DNA of 63,196 nt, counting the filler, from Chiloscyllium plagiosum (lineage: Eukaryota), in assembly GCF_004010195.1 (NCBI RefSeq). It is 5 parts of one record of this genome, joined end to end, with 100 filler letters (N's around TTAATTAATTAA, not from the genome) between each part and the next. Parts side by side here need not be neighbours in the genome. Positions count along the whole stretch, not along the records: positions 1 to 29,435 come from NC_057716.1; 4 more parts are not named here. The stretch is one strand, 5' to 3'. Below the pieces are notes generated by a model that saw nothing but the letters and a program-made list of their open reading frames with translations, ran no database searches and was not told the DNA's origin. Shown piece by piece: positions 11,601-23,600 of the stretch. The position numbers and the translations under genes were made by a program. The stretch's first letter is position 1; each line of letters begins with the position of its first letter.

Positions 11601-14600
11601 TATCAGCAACACTGAGGCTATTCTTTTTGCAAAATTACTGACTCCACCTCTTACCACCAGGGAGATGGAGAAGGGGAAATAGGGGAGGAATTGGAAAAAT
11701 TGAAAGGAAGACATTTTCAGAGCTTTGAGATTGAGATAGGACAATCTTTCAGAAACTTTTCATGGGCATGATGGGCTGAATTGTCTCTTTCTGTGCTTGG
11801 GGTTCTGTGTTTTCACAAATACATGCACTCTTCCCTCACTCACTGTTTCCTGTGAGATTTATTCAGAGGAGCCATCAAGCAGATACTCACAGCTGGGATT
11901 TATGTCTCCATAGAGCAATGGTAAAAGAGGGGAGTGCAGGGGGTGTTGGGTATAACGTAGGATTGGATTCCTTCTGTAAATCTGGTCCACAATCTCCACA
12001 TTTACACTGTTCTCCTGAAAGATAAAAGGAAATAGACTGTGGTCAATATCAAAACCAGACTGCAGCATAGAGTCGTCACTTCCCAAAATCTCTTCACATT
12101 TTCAATCAAACCCGAACCAAGCCCCACCTTGAACACACAATAATGAGGGGGGTATTGCCTACATAAAACTGATCCCCAAAAACCAAGCTGGACCTGGCCA
12201 TTAGACAGGGCCATTGCAGACTAGAATGTGAACTGGACAAGCAGAGTGTGGAAATGAACATACACATTCAGACTCACACACAGACACACAAGAGAATTCA
12301 AGTACCATAGCAGGGATGTCTTGCTGCAATTATACTGGGCCTTGGTGAGACCGTACCTGGAGTATTGTGTGCAGTTTTGATCTCCTTATCTGAGGAAGGA
12401 TGTTCCGGCGATGGAGGGAGTGCAGTGAATGCTGACCCAACTGATTCCTGGGATGGTAGGACTAACGTGTGGAGACAGACTATATCAGTAAGGACTATAT
12501 TCACTTTAGGAGAATGAAGGATGGATCTCGTATAAATCTATAAAACTCTAACAGGATCAGGAAGGATGTTGACCAGAACCAGGGGGTCACAGTCTAAGGA
12601 TACATGATAGGCCATTTCAGACTGAGATGAGGAAAGATGTCTTCCCCCAGAGAGTAGGGAGCCCATGGAATTCTTTGCCACAGAAAGTGGTTGAGGTCAC
12701 GAAAGAGTTAGGTACAGTTCTTGGGGCTAAAGGGATCAAAGGGCATGAGGAGGAAGTAGGAACAGGGGTCTGAGTTGGATAATCGGCTATGAGTATATTG
12801 AATTGTCAAGCAGGATCAAAGGACTGAATGGCCTACTCCTGCTCTCTCTGTGTTTAATGTCCATTGACTGTCCTTACCTTGATGTCACGAATCAGCTGCT
12901 GCGTTGGGGTTTCTATGGGAACTTTGCTGTCAATGACGTTCTGAATGGCACTCGCCCAGCGTGTGGCCTCATTCAGTAACTTGGTGTAAAGCCGATAGGA
13001 GTGTTTCCTTCCGTGAACCACAAAGTGCCAGTAACCTAGAGGCAGCAAAGGGTCAGATCAGACAACACAGTTAGCTCAGGAGTACGGTCACTGATGGGAA
13101 GAAACACCAAATAATCTATCACTAAATTACACACCAAAACTCTGGGAGTAATGTTCCCGCTCACTGATACTCCGGGAATAATGCTCCCACTCACCAATAC
13201 TCCAGGAGTAATGCTCCTGCACACTGATATTCTGGGAGTAATGCACCCACTCACCAATACTCTGGGAGTAATGTTCCCATTCATCAATACTCTGGGAGTA
13301 ATGTTCCCGCACACCGATACTCTGGAAGTAATGTTCCCATTCATCAATACTCTGGGAGTAATGTTCCCATTCATCAATACTCTGGGAGTAATGTTCCCAC
13401 TCATCAATACTCCGGGAGTAATGTTCCCGCACACCGATACTCTGGAAGTAATGTTCCCACTCATTGATACTCCGGGAGGAATGCTCCCGCTGACCGATAC
13501 TCCAGAAGTAACGATCCTAGACACTGGGAACAACATGCTTTTTTTACTGGTATTCTTGGAGTAACTTTCCTGGACACTGATAGTAGGAAGTTGAGAGTGT
13601 GGTGCTGGAAAAGCACAACAGATCAGGCAGCATCCGAGGAGCAGACCTCATTCCTGATGAAGGGCTCCAGCCTGAAACATCGATTTTCCTGCTCCTCGGA
13701 TGCTGCCTGACCTGCTGTGCTTTTCCAGCAACACACTCAACTCTGATCTCCAGCATCTGCATTTCTCACTTTCTCCTAACTGATAATAGGAAGTAAACTG
13801 ATATCAAGGACATGATTCGGAGATGCCGGTGTTGGACTGGGGTGTACAAAGTTAAAAATCACACAACACCAGGTTATAGTCCAACAGATGGAAATGTGTT
13901 GCTGGAAAAGCGCAGCAGGTCAGGCAGCATCTAGGGAACAGGAGAATCGACGTTTCGGGCATTAGCCCTTCTTCCTGAAGAAGGGCTAATGCCCGAAACG
14001 TCGATTCTCCTGTTCCCTAGATGCTGCCTGACCTGCTGCGCTTTTCCAGCAACACATTTCCATCTCTGATCTCCAGCATCTGCAGACCTCACTTTCTCCT
14101 CAAAGATATAGTCCAACAGGTTTAATTGGAAGCACAATAGCTTTCGGAGCGACGCTCCTTCATCAGGTGATTGTGGAGGGCTCGATCGTAATACAGAATT
14201 TATAGCCTATAAGGGCTATAAATTCTGTGTTACGATCGAGCCTTCCATAATTACCTGATGAAGGAGCGTCGCTCCGAAAACTAATGTGCTTCCAATTAAA
14301 CCTGTTGGACTATAACCTGGTGTTGTGTGATTTTTAACTTGATATCAAAAAGTTACACTCATCGAACAGAGACAGTCGTGGACACTGATAATGGATTAAG
14401 AGGTTAGTTAGGAGAATGTTTCAGTAATCATACTCTCTCAGCACCTGTTTCTCTGAAAGTTTTATCGTCAGGTTGAATGACAGAGCAGAGACTGTTCAAT
14501 ACCAAGGTGCCCAACTTGGTTGAGTTTCGTTCAGCAGATTTATAATAATCCAGTGAGTTACTGTTCAGCAAAAACCAACGTTTCTTCAGTTTCAATGACG

Positions 14601-17600
14601 AGGTTTTCCCACTACTCCTCATCTCTTTATGGAGCCACCCTGGAACGAGAGAACAAGAGATTCAGCACAGAGACCCAGAGTGCCCTCCAGTCCCAGAACG
14701 GAAACATCCACTACACGGACACTGAATCTCCACAATTAGAACCCTTGCCACAGGGACCCAACAGATAAAGATTCCTCACAAGAAGCTCCTGCATCCACTG
14801 CATTCACCGTTTGTATCTGGCCAGGCAGAGAGTCCCCCTCCCCCACCTGATTGCAAGGGTCAGTACAAAGACATTCCCTCAATGGGGGATTCATCTACTC
14901 CCTTCCCCCATGCAAGGGCATATCCAGACAGAGATCCTTCCCCACAGAAACACTCCCATCTTAAAAGGCCTCGATAGCATGGCCAAATAATCTTCCATAC
15001 AACCGACCTGGCTGCACCTGTGCCCCCACCCTCCACTACTCAGTTTAAAGCTCAATCCTCGTTATACAGTTCTCCAGGTCTCTGGTCCCAGTATGATTCA
15101 GGTGGGACACATCCTATTGGGACAGCTCCTTCCTTCCCCAGGGCTGGGGCCAATCCCCCACGAAACTGTTTGAAACTGTTTCTTCCTCATCAATCTTTGA
15201 GACACATGTTTACCTCTTGAATCTTATTGACCCTGTGCCAACTTGCTCGTGGCTCAGATAGTGATCCACAGATTATCACCTTTTTGGTCCTGCTTTTTAA
15301 TTTAGCCTCTAGCTGCTCATATTCCCTCAGCAGAATCATAAAATCCGTACAGTGTGGAAACAGGTCCTTCAGCCCAACAAGTCCACATCGACCCAATGAA
15401 GAGTAACCCACCCAGACCCATTTCCCTATCCTATTATCCTATATTTACCCCTGGCTAATGCACCTAGCCTACACATCCCTGAACACAGTGGGCAGTTTAG
15501 CATGGCCAATTCACCCTGACCTGCACATCTTTGGACTGTGGGAGGAAACCGGAGCACACGGAGGAAACCCACACAGACACAGGGAGAATGTGCAAACTCC
15601 ACGCAGACAGTCGCCCGAGGCTGGAATCGAACCTGGGTTCCTGGCACTGTGAGGCAGCAGTGCTAACCACTGAGCCACCGTGTTGTCCCATATTGTTGGT
15701 ACCTACATGGACCAAGATAATTGGATTTTTCTCCTCCCACACCAAGTTCTCTGCAGCCCAGATGAGAGAACCTGAACCCGGGCACCAGGCAGGCAATACA
15801 GCCTTTGGGACTGTCAATCCTACCCAAGGAGTACAGTGTCTATTCCCTGACTATACCATCCCCAATTACAACTACATTTCTCTTTTCTCCTCCTCTTGAT
15901 TGGCTCTCTGTAGCACTGTGCTCATCCTCTCTATAATCCCCACTCACATCCCCACAGGGAGCAAACAAGTGTAACAAAGTACAAGGTGGCCTTCTCCAGA
16001 ACAGTGAACAATCAACAGATCAGGACCTCCAAAGTGTTAAATGTTAAGTATTAGTCATTTAAAATCTGTCTCTACTATTTGTGTAATTATTGTACTGGCA
16101 ACACATGTTTATATCTAACCATGTATATCTGTAAAGGTCAGTTTTCATTCTTTGAAATAGAGGTCTATTATGGTCAGTATGCCTTAAAGGGACGTGCATA
16201 ATAATAACTGCAGTATTGTAACGTGTTCAAGAAAATTTTATTTATCAATATGAAGATACTAGAGATGGAGCAAAACTTGATCTTCTCTTGGGAAATAAGG
16301 CAAGGCAAGTGACTGAAGTATTAGTGGGGGAGCACTTTAGGACCAGTGACCATTATTATGTTAATCTTAAAATATTAATGGAAAAGGATCTTGTATGAAA
16401 GTTAAAGTCCTTAATTTGAGTAAGGCAAATTTTGACAGTATGAGACATGAACTTTCAAACGTTAACTGGAGTATACTGTTCACAGGTAAAGAGTCAACTG
16501 GCAAGTCGGAGGCTTCCAAAAGTGTTCATAGGAGGTGTTATCAATTCTAGAAGGTGTGAAAGTAGATAAGTCCCCTGGGCTGGATGGGATTTATCCAAGG
16601 ATTCTCTGGGAAACTAGGGAGGAGATGGCAGAGCCTTTTGGCTTTGATCTTTGAGTCGTCATTATCTACAGGTTTTGTACAAGAGGACTGGAAGATTGAA
16701 AACTGTGGTGGTTAGCACTGTTGTCTCACATTGCCAGGGACCCAGGTTCGATTCCCGCCTCGGGTGACTGTCTGTGTGGAGTTTGCACATTCTCCCCTGT
16801 TTCTGCGTGGGTTTCCTCCAGGTGCTCTGGTTTCCTCCCACAGTCCAAAGCTGTGCAGGTCAGGTGGAGTGGCCATGCTAAATTGCCCATAGTGTTAGCT
16901 GCATTAGACAGGGGTAAATATAGGGAATGGGTCTGGTGGGTTACTCTTTGGAGGATTAGTGTGGACTTGTTGGGCAAAGGGCCTGTTTCCATACTGTAGA
17001 TAATCTTATCAAATTTTAAAAAAATGTTATGCCCTTGTTCAAGAAGAGTACTAGAGAAGACCCAGGTAATTATAGACCAATGTGTCTTATGTCTGTTGTA
17101 GAAAAAGTTTTGAAAAGGATTATGAGAGATAAGATTTATAATCATCGAGCAAATAACAATTTGATTTCAGATAGTCAACATGGTTTTGTCAAGGGCAGGT
17201 CATGTCTCACAAATCTCACTGAGTTTTTTGAGAAGGTGACCAAGCATGTAGATGAGGGTAGGACAGTTGCCGTGGTAGACATGGACTTCAGTAAAGCCTT
17301 TGATAAGGTTCCACATGGTAGGCTGATGGAGAAAATGCAGAGGCATGGAATTGAGGGTGATTTAGCAGTTTGGATTAGAAACTGGCTTTCTGAAAGAAGG
17401 CAATGACTGGTGGTTAATGGAAAATATTCAGTCAGGAGTCCAGTTACTAGTGATGTGCCACATGGATCTGTTTTGGGACCACTGCTGTTTGTCATTTTTA
17501 TAAATGACTTGGACGCAGGCACAAATGGATGGATTAGTAAGTTTGCAGATGACACTAAAGTCAGTGGAGTAGTGGACAGTTTGGAAGAATGTTACAGGTT

Positions 17601-20600
17601 GCAGGGGGACTTGGATAAACTGCAGAATTGGGCTGAGAGGTGGCAAATGGAGTTCAATGCAGATAAATGTGAGGTGATGCACTTTGGGAAGAATAACAGG
17701 AAGGCAGAGTACTGGGTCGATGGAAAAATTGTTGGTAGTGTGGATGTGTATAGGGATCTTGGTGTCCATGTACATTGATCCCTGAAAGTTGCCACCCAGG
17801 TTGATAGTGCTGTTAAGAAGGCATATAGTGTGTTAGGTTTCATCGGTAGAGGGATTGAGGTCCGGAGCCATGATGTCATGTTGCAACTGTACAAAATGCT
17901 GGTGCGGCCACACTTGGAATATTGTGTATAGTTCTGGTCACCCCATTGCAGGAAGGATGTGGAAGCATTGGGGAAGGTGCAGAGGAGATTTACCAGGGTG
18001 TTGCCTGGTCTGGAGGAAAGGTTTTATAAGGAAAGGCTGAGGGATTTGGGTCTGTTCTCATTGGAAAGAAGAAGGCTAAGAGGGGATTTGATAGAGACAT
18101 ACAAGATGATCAGAAGATTACATAGGGTAGACAGTGAAAGTCTTTTTCCTAGGATGATGATGTCAGCGTGTACGAGGGGGCATAACTACAAATTGAGGGG
18201 TGATAGATTTAAGACAGATGTCAGAGGCAGGTTCTTTATCCAGAGAGTGGTAAGGGTGTGGAATGCCCTACTTACCAATGTAGTCAACTCAGCCACATTA
18301 GGGAGATTTAAATAATATTTGGATAAGCACATGGATGATGATGGGATAGTGTAGGGGAATGGGCTTAGATTAGTTCACAGGTCGGTGCAACATTGAGGGC
18401 CGAAGGGCCTGTTCTGCGCTGTATTGTTCTATATACTATTGGCATTATGTTCCTGTTAGAGTGAAGGATAGGGTTGGTAGGAATAGAGAACAATCGATGA
18501 ATAAAGTTTTTTTTAGTTTTTCAGTTGAATCATTGGGAATTTGGAATACTAAGATCGGCGGTTAGGGTAGTTGAATGTTCCTCCTGCAGAATGTGGGAGG
18601 CAAGGGTCACCACTAGTGTCCTTGCTGACTTCATCTGCGGGTACTGTACCCAACTCCAGCTCCTCAAAAACCACATTAGGGAACTGGAGCTGGAGCTGGT
18701 TGAGGTTTGGATCATTCAGGAGGCGGAGGCGGTTATTGAGAGGAGTTACAGGGAGGTATTTACCCCACAGCCACGTGAAGAAGTTAGATGGTTTACTGTC
18801 AGGGGTGGGAAAGGGAACTGTCAGGCAGTGCAGGGATCTCCTGTGGCCATTCCCCTCAACAACGAGTATACTGTTTTGGATACTGTCGGGAGGGACAACT
18901 TACCAGGAATAAGCAATGGGGCACAGCCTGTCCCTGCTGCCCAGAGGGGAAGGGGGAAGAGGAGCAGAGCAGTTGTCACTGGGGACTCGATAGTTAGGGG
19001 GACAGATAGGAGGTTCTGTGGGAACAAGAGAGACTCACAGTTGGTGTGTTGTCTTCCAGGTGCCCGGGTTTGTGATGTCTTTGAACGTCTTTTCGGGATC
19101 CTTGAGGGGGAGCGGGAGCAACCCCAAGTCGTGGTCCATATAGGGACCAATGACATAGGGAGGAAGAGAGATGGGGATTTAAAGCAGAAATTGAGGGAGC
19201 TAGGGTGGAAGCTTAGTGCTAGAACAAACAGAGTTGTTATCTCTAGTTTGTTGCCTGTGCCACGTGTTAGCAAGGCTGAGAGAGGAGTTGAACACATGGC
19301 TACAGGGATGGTGCAGGTTGGAGGGTTTTGGATTCCTGGATAACTGGGGCTCTTTCTGGGGTATGTGGGACCTCTACAAACAGGATGGTCTGCACCTGAA
19401 CCAGAGGGGCACCAATATCCTGGCAGAGGAAATTTGCTAATGCTTTTCAGGCGGGTTTAAACTAATGCAGCAGGAGGGTGGGAACCTAAATTGTAGTTCA
19501 TGTATATACATGGATGAGTGTAGTGAAGTCAGAACTAACATTTCAAGATTGCATGAGTGCACTGGCAGGCAGGAAGTTGGTTTGAAGTGTGTTTACTTCA
19601 ACACCAGGAGCATCTGGAATAAGGCGGGTGAACTTGCAGCATGGGTTAGTACCTGGGACTTCAATGTTGTGGCCATTTCAGAGATATGGGTAGAACAGGG
19701 ACTGGAATGGTTGGTGCAGTTTCCAGGATTTCGATGTTTCAGTAAGAACAGACAAAATGGTAAAAGAGGGGTAGGTGTGGTATTGTTAGTCAAGAACAGT
19801 ATTACAGTGGCAGAAAGAAAGTTTGAGGACTCATCAACTGAGGTAGTATGGGCTGAGGTTAGAAATAGGAAAGGAAAGGTCACCCTGTTGGGAGTTTTCT
19901 GTAGGCATCTGAATAGTTCCAGGGATTTAGAGGAAAGGATAGCAAAGATGATTCTCGACAGGAGTGAAAGTAACAGGGTAGTTGTTATGGGGGACTTTAA
20001 CTTTCCAAATATTGACTGGGAATACAAAAGTTCGAGTACTTTAGATGGGTCAGTTTTTGTCCAATGCATGCAGGAATGTTTCCTGACAGTATGTAAACAG
20101 GCCAACAAGGATCGATGACACATTGGATTTGGTACTGGGTAATGAATCCGGCCAGGTGTTAGATTTGGAGGTAGATGAGCACTTTGGTGATAGTGACCAC
20201 AATTCGGTTATGTTTACTTTAGTGATGGAAAGGGATAGGTATATACTGTGGGGCAAGAGTTATAGCTGGGTGAAAGGCAATTATGATGTGATTAGTCAAG
20301 ATTTAGGATACATAAGATGGGGAAGGAAACTGCAGGGGATGACACACTTGAAATGTGGAGCTTATTCAAGGAACAGCTCCTGTGTGTCCTTGATAAGTAT
20401 GTACCTGTCAGGCAGGGAGGAAGTGGTTGAGCGAGGGAGCCGTGGTTTACTAAAGAAGTTGAATGTCTTGTAAAGAGGAAGAAGAAGGCTTATGTTAGAA
20501 TGAGACGTGAAGGCTCAGTTAGGGAGCTTGAGAGTTACAGGTTAGTCAGGAAGAACCTAAAGTGAGAGCTAACAAGAGCCAGGAGGGGACATGAAAAATT

Positions 20601-23600
20601 GTTGATGGATAGGATCAAGAAAAACCCTAAGGATTTCTATAGGTATATCAGGAATAAAAGAATGACGAGAGTAGGGTTAGGGCCAATCAAGGACAGTATT
20701 GTGAAGTTGTGCATGGGATCCAAGGATGAATATGAATATTTTTCATCAGTATTCACACTGGAAAAAGACAATGTTGTCCAAGAGAAGGAGGTGTTAGCAA
20801 TTCTGGAAAGTGTGAAAATAGATAAGTCCCCTGGGCTAGATGGGATTTATCCTAGGATTCTCTGGGAAGCCAGGGAGGAGATTGCAGAACCTTTGGCTTT
20901 GATCTTTATGTCGTGATTGTCCACACGAATAGTGCCAGAAGACTGGACGATAGTAAATGTTGTCCCCTTGTTCAAGAAGGGGAATAGACACAACCCTGGT
21001 AATTACAGACCAATGAGCCTTACTTCGATTGTGGGTAAAGTGTTGGAACAGGTTATAAGAGATAGGATTTATAATCATCAAGAAAGGAATAATTTGAATA
21101 GGGATAGTCAACACGGTTTTGTGAAGGGTAGGTCGTGCCTCACTAACCTTATTGAGTTCTTTGAGAAGGTGACCAAACAGATGGATGAGAGTAAAGCGGT
21201 TGATGTGGTATTTATGGATTTCAGTGAGGCGTTTAATAAGGTTCCCCATGGTAGGCTATGGTACAAAATATGGAGGAATGGGATTGAGGGTGATTTAGCG
21301 GTTTTGATCAGAAATTGGCTAGCTGAAAGAAGACAGAGGGTGGTGGTTGATGGGAAATGTTCATCCTGGAGTTCAGTTACAAATGGAGTACCACAAGGAT
21401 CTGTTTTGGGGCCACTGCTGTTTGTCATTTTTATAAATGACCTGGATGAGGGAGTAGAAGGATGGGTTAGTAAATTTGCGGATGACACTTAAGGTCAGTG
21501 GAGTTGTGGGTAGTGACGAAGGATATTGCAGGTTACAGAGGGACATAGAGACATAGATAAGCTGCAGAGCTGGGCTGAGAGGTGGGAAATGGAGTTTAAT
21601 GCAGAAAAGTGTGAAGTGATTCACTTTGGAAGGAGCAACAGGAATAAGGAGTACTGGGCTAATGGTAAGATTCTTGGTAGTGTAGATGAGGAGAGATATC
21701 TTGGTGTCCATGTACACAGATCCTTGAAAGTTGCCACCCAGGTTGACAGGGTTGTTAAGAAGACATATGGTGTGTTAGCTTTTATTGGTAGAAGGATTGA
21801 GTTTTGGACCATGAGGTCATGCTGCAGCTGTACAAAACTCTGGTACAGCCGCACTCGGAATACTGCGTACAGTTCTGGTCACCGCATTATAAGAAGGATG
21901 TGGAAGCTCTGGAAAGGGTGCAGAGGAGATTTACTCGGATGTTGCCTGATATGGACGGAAGGTCTTACGAGGAAAGGCTGAGGGAGTTGAAGCTGTTTTC
22001 GTTAGAGAGAAGAAGGTTGAGAGGTGACTTAATTGAGACATTTAAGATAATCAGTGTTAGATAGGGTGGACAGGGAGAGCCTTTTTCCTCGGATGGTGAT
22101 GGCTAACACGAGGGGACATAGCTTTAAATTGAGGGGTGATAGACATAGGACAGATGTCAGAGGTAGTCTCTTTACTCAGAGTAGTAGGGGTGTGGAACAC
22201 ACTGCCTGCACAGTAGTAGACTTGCCAACTTTGGGTCATTTAAATGATCATTGGATCGACATATGGATGAAAATGGCATAGTGTAGGTTTGATGGGCTTC
22301 GGATTGGTTCCACTGGTCGGCACAACATCGAGGGCCAAAGGGACTGTACTGCGCTGTAATGTTCTATGTTCAATATTGATGTTCTGGAAGCAGACTCCTC
22401 TGATGGAATACAATAGCTTAATATTACCCCAGACACTTGTATGTCTGAAGAATGTAAAGTTAGTGTATAATAGTTAATTGCCATAAAGATCTGTTGTATT
22501 CTTCAATTTCATGATGTGCACACCCAGTCTCTTACATTACCAAATATAACATTAGCATGGCTGTTTAAACTTAACAAAATCAGTGACAGCTATCCACTTT
22601 TTAGTTCTCAGATTACCTTGACCAATCAGAATCAAATGTCTTTATTTAAAATTTAAACAAAGCCTAACAGAGAACTGTCCATCATTATTAATTGCAGCAC
22701 TTTTCATTTTAACAATATCAATCAAAGTGAAATTGCCAATAAATCAGCACTGTCCACTCATACAGTACAAACATCAACAAGGCACTGAAAGCTAACATGT
22801 AGGCGTAACAAGCTATTAGAACATAGAACATAGAAGAATACAGCGCAGTACAGGCCCTTTGGCCCTCGATGTTGCGCCGATCCAAGCCCACCTAACCTAT
22901 ACTAACCCACTATCCTCCATATACCTATCCAATGCCTGCTTAAATGCCCATAAAGAGGGAGAGTCCACCACTGCTACTGGCAGGGCATTCCATGAACTTA
23001 CGACTCGCTGAGTGAAGAACCTACCCCTAACTTCAGTCCTATATCTACCCCCCCTTAATTTAAAGCTATGCCTCCTTGTAATACCCGACTACATACGCGG
23101 GAAAAGGTTCATACTGTCGTCCCTATCTAACCCCCTAATCATCTTGTACACCTCAATCAAGTCACCCCTAAACCTTCTTTTCTCTAGTGAAAACAGCCCC
23201 AAGTGCCTCAGTCTTTCCTCATACGATTTTTCTTCCATACCAGGCAACATCCTGGTAAACCTCCTCTGCACCCGTTCCAGTGCCTCCACATCCTTCCTAT
23301 AGTATGGCGACCAAAACTGCACACAATATTCCAGATGCGGCCGCACCAGAGTTTTATACAACTGCATCATGACCTCAGGACTCCGGAAGTCAATTCCTCT
23401 ACCAATAAAAGCCAGTACGCCATATGCCTTCCTCACCGCACTATTTACCTGGGTGGGAACTTTCAGAGATCTGTGTACATGGACACCAAGATCCCTCTGC
23501 TCATCCACACTACCAAGTATCCGACCATTAGCCCAGTACCCCATCTTTTTGTTATTCTTCCCAAAGTGAGTCACCTCACACTTAGCTACATTGTATTCCA

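Noticed and set aside
13139..13528. CRISPR-like or hammerhead-like look of the 30-bp hairpin array (minus strand TTGATGAG-stem-GAGT)
   Set aside because: There are no unique spacers or cas genes and the context is vertebrate. The hammerhead C3 and GAAA core nucleotides are missing.
18525..19440. SGNH/GDSL esterase-like ORF as a host gene
   Set aside because: It is ORF1 of a CR1-type LINE, frameshifted and directly followed by the endonuclease/RT ORF2.
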